Shown here: positions 31,560-40,705 of the stretch, in pieces
Layout: every line of letters starts with the position of its first letter
How positions within the stretch are numbered: the first letter of the stretch is position 1
NCBI GenBank assembly: GCA_964508365.1
Contig: CAZDTP010000005.1
Location: forward strand, 43,084-107,083
Direction of reading: 5' to 3'
Length of the DNA stretch: 64,000 nucleotides
Origin: an uncultured archaeon
GTDB taxonomy: Archaea; Asgardarchaeota; Lokiarchaeia; Sigyniarchaeales; SOKP01
Position numbers and translations under genes: made by a program
The notes under the pieces: model-generated
Told to the model about the DNA's origin: nothing
Databases searched by the model: none
What the model saw: the letters and a program-made list of their open reading frames with translations, nothing else

Positions 31560-31885
31560 GTGTTCCTTCTTGTTTTATAAGTTGTGTAAAATTCTCTAAT
31601 AATACATTGGTTTTTGTCAATTTAAATATATTTCTCATTTCTAGAGTAGACTCTTCAAGAAATTTTTTAGTAATACGCTATTAAATTCTCAGTTTTTTGT
31701 CGGTACGCGTTTTTTTGTGGTTAAAAATTTTTTAGCGCAAAACAATAAGTTTATAAGCAAGAAGAGCTAATTCTAAACAAAAAATGAAAATCTCGAACAT
31801 AAAATGAACAAATTTTAAGAAAAATAACGAGACAAAAGACTTAAAAGGCTACAAACCTTACTAAATTTAAAATATTTTCATTTGA

Positions 31886-31899
31886 GGGAAAAGATTCCC
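31886..31899 (+). promoter_or_regulatory. Candidate operator, inverted repeat GGGAAAAGATTCCC
   Basis: Perfect 5-bp arms (GGGAA/TTCCC), 37 nt upstream of ATG 31937 and just downstream of a TTTAAAATA TATA-like element. Confidence 0.55.
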
Positions 31900-31936
31900 A
31901 TAAAAAAATTAAAAAAAAATTGGATGTGAATTATGA

Positions 31937-32191
31937 ATGATGTTGGAAGAAATAGAAAAAAGCCCTGAGGCTGCAATAATTGCAGTAAACGAAGTATTTA
32001 AGACATACGAGCTAATGTGTTTGGATAAGTTAAAGGAAATTGGAAGATCAACAGCTCGAGAATGGTCTTTCGCAATGGGCTACACACATCGTTCTTCACT
32101 TGCGAAAATCATACGAAGAATCACAGAGAGATACCCTGAGATGATTAAAATCTATGATAACCAGTTTCCTCGACTTTACGAAGCAATATAA
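31937..32191 (+). CDS. Small winged helix-turn-helix protein
   Basis: G-RSTAREWSFAMGY-THRSSLAKIIRRI followed by a wing (KIY...PRLYEA). Confidence 0.7.
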   Translation: MMLEEIEKSPEAAIIAVNEVFKTYELMCLDKLKEIGRSTAREWSFAMGYTHRSSLAKIIRRITERYPEMIKIYDNQFPRLYEAI

Positions 32192-32311
32192 TGTTCACTA
32201 AAGAAATGTAAGCTGAGATGTCTTTCTGGAACTTTTTCACGCATTTGATTTCGCACAAATTAGAAATTCAATTTTTTTATAAATATGAAGATCAATTAAA
32301 GTGGTTGAAAA

Positions 32312-32539
32312 ATGATAATAAAGTGTAAAGATTGTGGAATAGAGTACTCATATAGCCGAAATATTTGTCATATGTGTGGAGGTAATACATTATTCTTTGG
32401 TGCAATTTTTGAAGAGGAATTATCAGAACGCAATTGGAACTGTGTTTCAAGTGCTCAATGTATTGAGATTTTATTAGAAAAACATGAATTACCTGAATCA
32501 ATTATTGAAGTATTTCCTGAAAATAGGAGGGAGCTGTGA
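32312..32539 (+). CDS. Small N-terminal Zn-ribbon protein upstream of glutamate synthase; paralog of 22530-22898
   Basis: KCKDCGIEYSYSRNICHMC ... WNCVSS; ends 6 nt before the synthase ATG. Confidence 0.8.
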   Translation: MIIKCKDCGIEYSYSRNICHMCGGNTLFFGAIFEEELSERNWNCVSSAQCIEILLEKHELPESIIEVFPENRREL

Positions 32540-32545
32540 TATAGA

Positions 32546-34195
32546 ATGACAAAATTTTCTATGACAACACACCAGACAAGCATGATTGGTTCAAGGACAA
32601 GGGTTGAAGATTCTTGCGAGTCTGGATTATGTCCAATATGCATTGCAGATTGTCCTGTGTTCTGCGAAGTTTCGAAATCAGCATTAAGAGGTCGCGAAGC
32701 GTTATATCCTCGAAGAGAATATTTTGGAAACTCAACTGCGGGAACACCAAAAGATTTTGGGTTAGCCTATGGTGATTTCCAAATTCAATTTGAAGTGCGA
32801 GGCGCTCAAGGGATCGAAGCTCATGAAGACAAGGTGATTTTTCCAAATGTGGATATGACGATGCGTTGGGGTAACATACAGCAAAAATTACCTATCGTGA
32901 TTGCTGGACTTGGCAGTACGTACGTAGCTAAACGAAATTGGGAAGGTTTAGCAATTGGCGCTGCTTTAGCAGGTGTAAGTCTTACAATTGGAGAAAATGT
33001 AGTTGGAATGGATCAATTTGCTCAATTCGCAAATCACAGCGTTTATCCCAAAGTAACTGATACAGATGATATGAAATTTCGTGTTAACACCTATCGAGAT
33101 TTTTGGGATGGAAAGCATGGTGATATTATTGTACAGAAAAATGTTGAAGACACTAGGCTTGGAGTATTCGATTATGTAATGTCAAAATTGGATATAGAAT
33201 CACTTGAGTTGAAATTCGGTCAAGGAGCAAAAGCAATCGGTGGGGAAGTAAGGTTATCATCTTTAGAAAGAGCACAATTACTTCAAGAACGAGGCTATTT
33301 AGTCTTTCCTGATCCCTCAGATCCAATGGTTGTAGATCAATGGAACGCTGGGTTAATACCTGATTTTGAGAGGCATAGCAGAGTAGGATTGTCCACGACT
33401 GAAGATGTTTTAGAAGAAATAGATCAAGTTCGCTCATCAGGAGCAAAAAATATATTTATTAAAACTGGAGCCTATCGTCCAGCGGCAACAGCATGGCTAT
33501 TAAGGTTAGCAGTGGAAGGAAAGGTAGATGGAATAACATTTGATGGTGCTGGAGGAGGAACAGGGATGAGTCCAGTGAGTATGATGAATGAAGGGTCAAT
33601 TCCAACCGTTTATTTAGAAGCTCTTGTAGTTGGATGTTTGGATATGATAAAGAAGAAGAACCCTAATGTTAATATTCCAACCGTAGCCATCGCGGGAGGA
33701 ATCGCAAACGAGACGCAGATGTTCAAAGCTCTTGCCATGGGTGCCCCCTATGTGAAGTGTATCGCCATGGCAAGAGCTCCGCTTACAGCTGCTATGAAAT
33801 CTAAGTATGTTGGTGAAATAATATCAAAAGGAATGGTCACTCCAGCAATGCTGAAGAACTTAGGATTTCCTAGAGATAAGGATCCTTCAAGTTTAAGCCT
33901 TAATGAAGCTTTCGTAGAATACGATAAATTGCAGAGGACTTACGAAGGAAAAGAAATTCCTCCCTCCGCAGTGGGAGTTTATACATATTTTGAAAGTAAG
34001 CTCGGTATAGGTCTAAAACAACTATTAGCTGGGGTTAGAAAATTTAATTTGGACCTTTTAGATCGTCATGATATCGCTTACATTTCTCAACGAGCTAAAG
34101 ATGTATGCAATAAATGGGATTTGCAAATTGAGTCTCAAGAGTCTCTTGATTTTGAATTGGTAAAGAACGAGATATATTCGGGTAACTACGAATAA
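32546..34195 (+). CDS. FMN-binding glutamate synthase family protein (archaeal GltB2-type)
   Basis: ELKFGQGAKAIGG, FDGAGGGTG, IAGG and IAMARAP; Cys-rich N-terminus (CPICIADCPVFCE). Confidence 0.88.
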   Translation: MTKFSMTTHQTSMIGSRTRVEDSCESGLCPICIADCPVFCEVSKSALRGREALYPRREYFGNSTAGTPKDFGLAYGDFQIQFEVRGAQGIEAHEDKVIFPNVDMTMRWGNIQQKLPIVIAGLGSTYVAKRNWEGLAIGAALAGVSLTIGENVVGMDQFAQFANHSVYPKVTDTDDMKFRVNTYRDFWDGKHGDIIVQKNVEDTRLGVFDYVMSKLDIESLELKFGQGAKAIGGEVRLSSLERAQLLQERGYLVFPDPSDPMVVDQWNAGLIPDFERHSRVGLSTTEDVLEEIDQVRSSGAKNIFIKTGAYRPAATAWLLRLAVEGKVDGITFDGAGGGTGMSPVSMMNEGSIPTVYLEALVVGCLDMIKKKNPNVNIPTVAIAGGIANETQMFKALAMGAPYVKCIAMARAPLTAAMKSKYVGEIISKGMVTPAMLKNLGFPRDKDPSSLSLNEAFVEYDKLQRTYEGKEIPPSAVGVYTYFESKLGIGLKQLLAGVRKFNLDLLDRHDIAYISQRAKDVCNKWDLQIESQESLDFELVKNEIYSGNYE

Positions 34196-34292
34196 CTAAT
34201 TGAGAATTTAATAAAATAACCTAATTCTTTCATACTAATTTTATTTCTTTTAACTGAAATAATTCAATGATGAGAAAAAAATAATAAAAAAA

Positions 34293-36092
34293 TTAATTCA
34301 TTGCTTTTTCAAATTCGTTAACAAATGCTTCATATTGGTTTATCCCTAACTCCCAGAAATCTTTTTTTGTGATATCTAATCCAACTATCTCACCTAAATC
34401 TTCTGGAGATAAACTACCGCCAGCCGCCAACAATTTCTTAAATTTAGGAACAAAGGCTTTACCCTCTTTTTTATAAGTCTGATACAACGCATATACAAAA
34501 AGCTGAGCGTAAACATAGGGATAATTATAGAATCGAAAATTCGGGAAAAAGTAATGCGGTTTCATTGTCCATTCCCAGTCCATCTCTTCGAACCATTCAA
34601 CAGAATTTCCGTAAATCTTATCTCTTCCAGCGCACCAGTATTTTGAAATCGTTTTACCATCTAAATTTTCACCATTTTCAATAGCTTTATACAAATCTTG
34701 TTCAAACCACACCCTCGCGCTTACTTGAAATACTGCTTGTCCTGCGTCGTCTAAAACATGTGCTAAAATAGCTAATTTTTCTTCCTTAGAGTTAGCCTTT
34801 TCGAGGAGGAGATCTGTCATTAATAACTCTCCAAAAGTGGATGCTGTTTCTGCAACTGTGTAACCTGGAAATGTGTTAAAGTACGTTTGTTCATCAATCG
34901 CTAGATAATTGTGTATAGCGTGGCCAAGTTCATGCATTAATGTAAATATTTCAGTCAATTCTCCAGTATAGGTCATGAGAATATAAGAGGATTTCCCTTT
35001 AAACCAAGAAGCGCAGTTTGCTCCATTCCGTTTTCCCTCCCGTGGACTTGCATCGATATGATTTCGATTAAACATATCACGTACAATCTCTACACATTCT
35101 GAATCGAATTTTTCATATGCTTGAATTACTAATTCTATTGCATCATCCCAGGAATGCTTTGTATGTGGAACATTAGGCAGTGGAGCTCTGATATCCGCGC
35201 AATTTAATTTAGGAAGGTTCAAAACATCAGTTTTAAGTTTTAAATATCTACGGTACACACCTACACCCTTCTCAATAGCTTTCATCAAATTATCGATAAT
35301 CTCTTGCCTTGTATCATTAGCTAAGAGACTATGGTGCATTGGACTATCGTACTTGCGCCTTTTAGAATTATTTACCCAATCTCCACATATACTTCTTAAT
35401 GCTAAAGAAAATACTGTTTCCTCTTTCCCTAGTAAGCCATAAATCGATTTATTTGCTGATATTCGGGTCCCTCTATCTGGGTGAGTAAGTAATGCGTTAG
35501 CTTCCCCATACGATAATTCTTTATCTTCACCTTCGACATTTACTGTGAATTTTCTTGTATTCAACCACTTAGACTGCAAGGTACTCCATGCTCTTACTCC
35601 ATATTGATCCTTTTCAAGAATTAGTTGTTCTTCTAATTCGGTTAGATTATGAGGAAACTTTCTTTTAATATTTTCTAAAATATGTTGATACTTCAATAAA
35701 ATGGGATCATCTACTAAAACTGGATTATCATTGACTAACTTCGCTACATCGAGTTCTAAAAAAGCTAAGTCCTTAGATATTTTAGTCGTGAAATCTTCAA
35801 CTTTGTTTTTTAAAGCTTCACTCTCAGGAACAGTCATTTTTGCACTATATAGCCTATTCTGATAGAGGTCAATTTCGCTTATATCGGCTTGAAATTTCTC
35901 TTGTCTCTTGAATAAATCTAACAAGTTTTGTGGAGTAAAGCTAGCAGAAGTAATCTTTCCTTTGTAATCGTTTATAATATTTTCTGTTTCTTTTTTAAGG
36001 CTGTTCAATATTTCAGCTATTTTGGGATCATTATGACTTGCAAAGATTTCAGTTAAATCCCATGCAATTTCATTTTCGGTCATAATAAACAA
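34293..36092 (-). CDS. pepF: Oligoendopeptidase F (peptidase M3B)
   Basis: WDLTEIF, KRNGANC, HELGH, AETAS, and HYF..FYNYPY. Confidence 0.92.
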   Translation of the reverse strand: MFIMTENEIAWDLTEIFASHNDPKIAEILNSLKKETENIINDYKGKITSASFTPQNLLDLFKRQEKFQADISEIDLYQNRLYSAKMTVPESEALKNKVEDFTTKISKDLAFLELDVAKLVNDNPVLVDDPILLKYQHILENIKRKFPHNLTELEEQLILEKDQYGVRAWSTLQSKWLNTRKFTVNVEGEDKELSYGEANALLTHPDRGTRISANKSIYGLLGKEETVFSLALRSICGDWVNNSKRRKYDSPMHHSLLANDTRQEIIDNLMKAIEKGVGVYRRYLKLKTDVLNLPKLNCADIRAPLPNVPHTKHSWDDAIELVIQAYEKFDSECVEIVRDMFNRNHIDASPREGKRNGANCASWFKGKSSYILMTYTGELTEIFTLMHELGHAIHNYLAIDEQTYFNTFPGYTVAETASTFGELLMTDLLLEKANSKEEKLAILAHVLDDAGQAVFQVSARVWFEQDLYKAIENGENLDGKTISKYWCAGRDKIYGNSVEWFEEMDWEWTMKPHYFFPNFRFYNYPYVYAQLFVYALYQTYKKEGKAFVPKFKKLLAAGGSLSPEDLGEIVGLDITKKDFWELGINQYEAFVNEFEKAMN

Positions 36093-36171
36093 AATGTAGG
36101 TCGTCTAATAAAAAAATATGTTTTTATACGAGAAAACGAATCTTCACAGTGTTTTTAAGATAGGAATGAGG

Positions 36172-37731
36172 CTACTCATATTCAATTGTGCTTGGTGGCT
36201 TGTTAGAAATATCATACACGACGCGATTAATTCCCTTTACTTCGTTTATGATGCGAGTGCCAATTTTTTCTAGTAATTCCCAATCTAGCTTGGCAAAGTT
36301 GGCAGTCATAGCGTCTAAGGACTCGACAACTCGTATAGCACAAATGTATTCATAGGTACGATAATCTCCCATAATTCCTACGGTTTTTAAAGGTAAAAAT
36401 ACGCAAAATGCTTGCCAAAGATTATCGTAAACTTTAGCTTTCCTGACCTCGTCGATTAAAATCTCGTCAGCGTCTCTTAGGATGTCTAGTTTTTTCTTTT
36501 CAATTGGACCAATTATTCTTACTGCCAATCCAGGACCCGGAAAAGGATGCCGTAAAACAATACTTTCAGGTAACCCTAATTGTATTCCGATTTTTCTTAC
36601 CTCATCTTTATATAGCTCTTTCAGTGGCTCTATAATTTTTAACGTCATATCATCTGGTAAAGTTAAATTATGGTGAGATTTAATTTTTACTGATGCACTG
36701 CTCGTAGCGCTCGTTTCTACTCGATCAGGGTAAATAGTTCCCTGAGCTAAATATTTAATATCTGGATAAGCCTTTTCTAATTCGATTGTTTTTTTTTCAA
36801 AAACCTCAATAAAAGTGTGACCGATAATCCGCCTTTTTTCTTCAGGATCATCAATGTTTTTTAACCTTTCTAAAAATAAACCTTCGGCGTTAACATAATG
36901 GAAATTTTCAAATTTTAACTCTTGTTTAAATGTTTTTTGGACTTGAATTTCCTCGTTTTTCCTTAGTACCCCATTGTTTACAAAAATACTATGCAACCTG
37001 TTTCCAATGGCTTTTTGAAATAGTGCTGCTACAACAGAAGAATCTACTCCTCCGCTTAGACCTAATATAACTCTGTTTTTCAGTCCAACTTCTTTCTTAA
37101 TATTTTCAATTGACTTTTCTATCCAATTCTCTAAGTTCCATTCTTTTTTGGCGTGAACAATTTTCTCAATAAAATTTTTCAAAATCTTCGTGCCTTTTTG
37201 GGTGTGTACTACTTCAGGGTGAAATTGAACGCCATACAATTTTAAATCTTCATTTGCATAAACTGCTATTGGACATGTAGCTGTTCTGGCTAATATTTCA
37301 AAGCCTTGTGGCATTATTTCTACTTGATCTCCATGGGACATCCATACAGTTTCCTTTTCATTTAGTGAATCTAATAATTTCCCCGGTTTCAGGATTTCCA
37401 ATTCAGTTTTTCCATATTCTTTTTTAGCATATGGTTTAATTTTACCCCCTAATTGATGGATGATTAAGTGTAAACCATAACAGATTCCTAAAACTGGAAT
37501 TTTGTCATTTTTTATAAACTTAAAGAAATCGTCTGTGAGATGGGGGCTACCATCCTCATATACACTACTTGGTCCTCCTGAAAGAATTATCCCTATTGGT
37601 TTATACTCCCTTAGCTTTTCAATTGCAATGTTATTTGGTAAAATCTCAGAATATACTCCTAGTTCTCTAATACGTCTAGCTATTAAATGAGAATATTGAG
37701 ATCCCATGTCAATAATACAAATTTTATCCAT
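36172..37731 (-). CDS. guaA: GMP synthase, fused glutaminase plus synthase domains
   Basis: DMGSQY, GICYG, QFHPEV, LSGGVDS, IKSHHN and KPPSTIEYE. Confidence 0.97.
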   Translation of the reverse strand: MDKICIIDMGSQYSHLIARRIRELGVYSEILPNNIAIEKLREYKPIGIILSGGPSSVYEDGSPHLTDDFFKFIKNDKIPVLGICYGLHLIIHQLGGKIKPYAKKEYGKTELEILKPGKLLDSLNEKETVWMSHGDQVEIMPQGFEILARTATCPIAVYANEDLKLYGVQFHPEVVHTQKGTKILKNFIEKIVHAKKEWNLENWIEKSIENIKKEVGLKNRVILGLSGGVDSSVVAALFQKAIGNRLHSIFVNNGVLRKNEEIQVQKTFKQELKFENFHYVNAEGLFLERLKNIDDPEEKRRIIGHTFIEVFEKKTIELEKAYPDIKYLAQGTIYPDRVETSATSSASVKIKSHHNLTLPDDMTLKIIEPLKELYKDEVRKIGIQLGLPESIVLRHPFPGPGLAVRIIGPIEKKKLDILRDADEILIDEVRKAKVYDNLWQAFCVFLPLKTVGIMGDYRTYEYICAIRVVESLDAMTANFAKLDWELLEKIGTRIINEVKGINRVVYDISNKPPSTIEYE

Positions 37732-38076
37732 ATGGTGTTAACTCGTTTACTATCAAATTTATGTTAATATTGATTTGATACAATAATTAACTTTCTGAAT
37801 ATATATTATATATCTCTTTAATATGCACCCTATTAATACAAGAAATTACTTGGTTAGTTATAGGCTTAGTGTTATAATTTTAGCTTATTTTTAGAAAAAC
37901 ATATATCACTCTAAAATTAATAACATAAAATGAAAAACTTTTTTATCTTTTAATTTTTAATGAACAAAAAAACAATTCTTACCTACTAATAGATTGTTTT
38001 ATTAAAAATAATTTAATTTTAAATACAATATTAAATATAAATTAATTAAAATAATAATAATTTAGAGTCTAAGCTT

Positions 38077-39327
38077 ATGATAATAAACCCCTATGAGAGT
38101 GCTAAAAAGAAAATTGATATAGCAGCAGAATTAATTAATTTACACCCGAATACTTTAGAATATCTCAAAAAGACGGAAAGAGCGCTCGTTGTTTCTATCC
38201 CAGTAATGATGGATGATGGTTCTCTCGAAATTTTTGAAGGATTCAGAGTTCATCATTCTACTTTACTAGGTCCAGGAAAAGGAGGTGTAAGATTTTCTCC
38301 CTTTGTGACTCTTGACGAGATGAAAGCTTTAGCCCTTTTGATGACATTTAAGACAGCTTTATTAGGGTTACCTCTTGGTGGTTCTAAAGGTGGTATAAGA
38401 GTCGATACTAAAAAGTTATCAGAGAGAGAATTAGAGAATTTAACGAGAAGATACACCATGGAAATTATAAATATGATTGGACCTGATAGAGATGTTGCCG
38501 CACCAGATATGTATACAGACTCGCGTATAATGGCTTGGATGATGGATACTTATAGTATGCAAAAAGGTCGAACTATTCCTGGAGTAGTTACTGGTAAACC
38601 AATTGAGATTGGAGGCTCTATAGGAAGGACTGAAGCTCCTGGTACAGGAATGATTTATTTACTACAGCATTTATGTCAAAAATTAAATTATAATTTGAAA
38701 AAAATGAGTGTTGCAATTCAAGGTTTTGGAAAAGTGGGATCTGTTGTTGCCAAGCAATTATGTAACAACTCCTGCAATGTTATAGCAATCTCTGAAGAAG
38801 AAGGAGGAATTTATTCACCAGATGGTTTAGATATAGACACATTAATCAAATGGAAACTACAAGGTAATTTATTAAAAGAATATGAGGGTAAAAATACAAG
38901 CCCAATAACTAATGATAAATTATTAAGCACTGAATGTGATGTTTTAATTCCTGCTGCTGTTGAAAATCAGATTTATAGCAAAAATGCAGATAAGATAGAT
39001 TGTAAAATAATATTAGAAGGAGCAAATAGTCCAACAACTTCCCAAGCAGATAAAATCTTGGAGGAAAAAGAAATAATAGTTGTTCCAGATATTCTTGCAA
39101 ATAGTGGAGGAGTTTGTGTATCTTATTTTGAATATATTCAAGATATGCAGAGTTATTTCTGGAAGTTAGATCGCGTTAATCAAGAAATGAAATCGATTCT
39201 TATAGATACATTTGAGAAAATATTTGAATTTTCAAAAAAAACGGATTCATCACTCAGAACGGCAGCATATGCTATTAGCGCAAATCGATTAGCAAAAGCA
39301 CATGAATTGAGAGGGTTATTTCCATAA
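38077..39327 (+). CDS. gdhA: Glutamate dehydrogenase, copy 1
   Basis: GPGKGG, FKTA, GGSKGG, APD, QGFGKVG and EGANSP. Confidence 0.93.
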   Translation: MIINPYESAKKKIDIAAELINLHPNTLEYLKKTERALVVSIPVMMDDGSLEIFEGFRVHHSTLLGPGKGGVRFSPFVTLDEMKALALLMTFKTALLGLPLGGSKGGIRVDTKKLSERELENLTRRYTMEIINMIGPDRDVAAPDMYTDSRIMAWMMDTYSMQKGRTIPGVVTGKPIEIGGSIGRTEAPGTGMIYLLQHLCQKLNYNLKKMSVAIQGFGKVGSVVAKQLCNNSCNVIAISEEEGGIYSPDGLDIDTLIKWKLQGNLLKEYEGKNTSPITNDKLLSTECDVLIPAAVENQIYSKNADKIDCKIILEGANSPTTSQADKILEEKEIIVVPDILANSGGVCVSYFEYIQDMQSYFWKLDRVNQEMKSILIDTFEKIFEFSKKTDSSLRTAAYAISANRLAKAHELRGLFP

Positions 39328-39422
39328 ATATGTGAGTTTTAGTTTATGAGGAATAATTAATTATTAGATTTAGCAGAAATTATTATATAAAATAAAATAA
39401 AAAAGAAAAAAAGTGTAAAATT

Positions 39423-40673
39423 ATGGCCGTCAATCCTTTTGAAATGGCAAAAAAACAGATTGATATTGTAGCAGAAGTGCTGGATTTAGATCCAAATATT
39501 CATAAGTTTTTAAAAAGAGTAGAACGTTCTTTAATAGTTTCTATTCCAATTATGATGGATGATGGTACTGTAAAAATTTTTGAAGGTTATAGGGTTCATC
39601 ATTCTACAATCAGAGGACCTGGGAAAGGTGGTTTACGATATTCTTTAGGTGTTAATCTTGATGAAGTTAAAGCTTTAGCAACATGGATGACATGGAAAAC
39701 TAGTCTTTTAAACTTGCCTTTAGGGGGTTCTAAAGGAGGTATATGCGTTGATCCTTTTAAATTGTCTAAAAAAGAGCTAGAAAGACTTACAAGAAGGTTT
39801 ACTGCTGAAATTATTAATATCATAGGACCAGATATTGATATTCCCGCTCCAGATGTAAATACTAACCCACAAATTATGGCTTGGATAATGGATACATATA
39901 GCATGCAAAAAGGACGAACGATTACTGGCGTTGTAACTGGAAAACCCGTTGAAATTGGCGGTTCTGTTGGCAGAGCAGATGCTACCGGAATGGGCTTGTA
40001 TTTTGTACTCCAAGCTATGGCTGAAAAACTTAGATTAGAATTAAAGTCCTTAAAGATTGTAGTTCAAGGATTCGGTAATGTAGGAGGTACGATTGCTAAT
40101 CTACTTTATAAACACGGATGTAAAGTTATTGCCGTCTCCGATATTTCAACGGGCATTTGCTGCGAAGATGGTTTAGATGTAGAAAAATTATTAGATTGGG
40201 CTAAACAAGGTAATTTATTTAAAGATTATAAAAACGAGAATTATAAACTTATTGGTAACGACGAGTTACTTACATTAAAATGCGATGTATTAATCCCGGC
40301 AGCTATAGAAAATCAAATAACAGAAAAAAATGCGGAGAAAATAAACTGCAAAATAGTTTTAGAAGGTGCAAATGGTCCTACAACACCAGAAGCGGATAAA
40401 GTTTTGTTTAAGAAAGAAATTTATGTTGTACCAGATATTCTCGCCAATAGTGGTGGGGTTTGCGTATCGTACTTCGAATATGTCCAAGATATTAATTCGT
40501 ACTTCTGGAAACTTGATCGTATTAATGAAGAACTTAAAAGAATCATAATTGAAGCATTTGAAGAAACATATAAAATCTCAGAAGAGAAAAAGATACCCCT
40601 TCGGACAGCAGCTTACATAATAGCGGTATCAAGAATTGCAAAAGCAATTGAATTGAGAGGAATCTTTCCTTAA
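39423..40673 (+). CDS. gdhA: Glutamate dehydrogenase, copy 2
   Basis: GPGKGG, WKTS, GGSKGG, APD, QGFGNVG and EGANGP. Confidence 0.95.
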   Translation: MAVNPFEMAKKQIDIVAEVLDLDPNIHKFLKRVERSLIVSIPIMMDDGTVKIFEGYRVHHSTIRGPGKGGLRYSLGVNLDEVKALATWMTWKTSLLNLPLGGSKGGICVDPFKLSKKELERLTRRFTAEIINIIGPDIDIPAPDVNTNPQIMAWIMDTYSMQKGRTITGVVTGKPVEIGGSVGRADATGMGLYFVLQAMAEKLRLELKSLKIVVQGFGNVGGTIANLLYKHGCKVIAVSDISTGICCEDGLDVEKLLDWAKQGNLFKDYKNENYKLIGNDELLTLKCDVLIPAAIENQITEKNAEKINCKIVLEGANGPTTPEADKVLFKKEIYVVPDILANSGGVCVSYFEYVQDINSYFWKLDRINEELKRIIIEAFEETYKISEEKKIPLRTAAYIIAVSRIAKAIELRGIFP

Positions 40674-40705
40674 ACCAAAATATCGATCTTTTTTTTAATT
40701 TTCCT

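Noticed and set aside
22936-31899. Canonical NrpR operators
   Set aside because: The spacers do not match GGAA-N6-TTCC and no nrpR is in the window; kept only as an unassigned palindrome.
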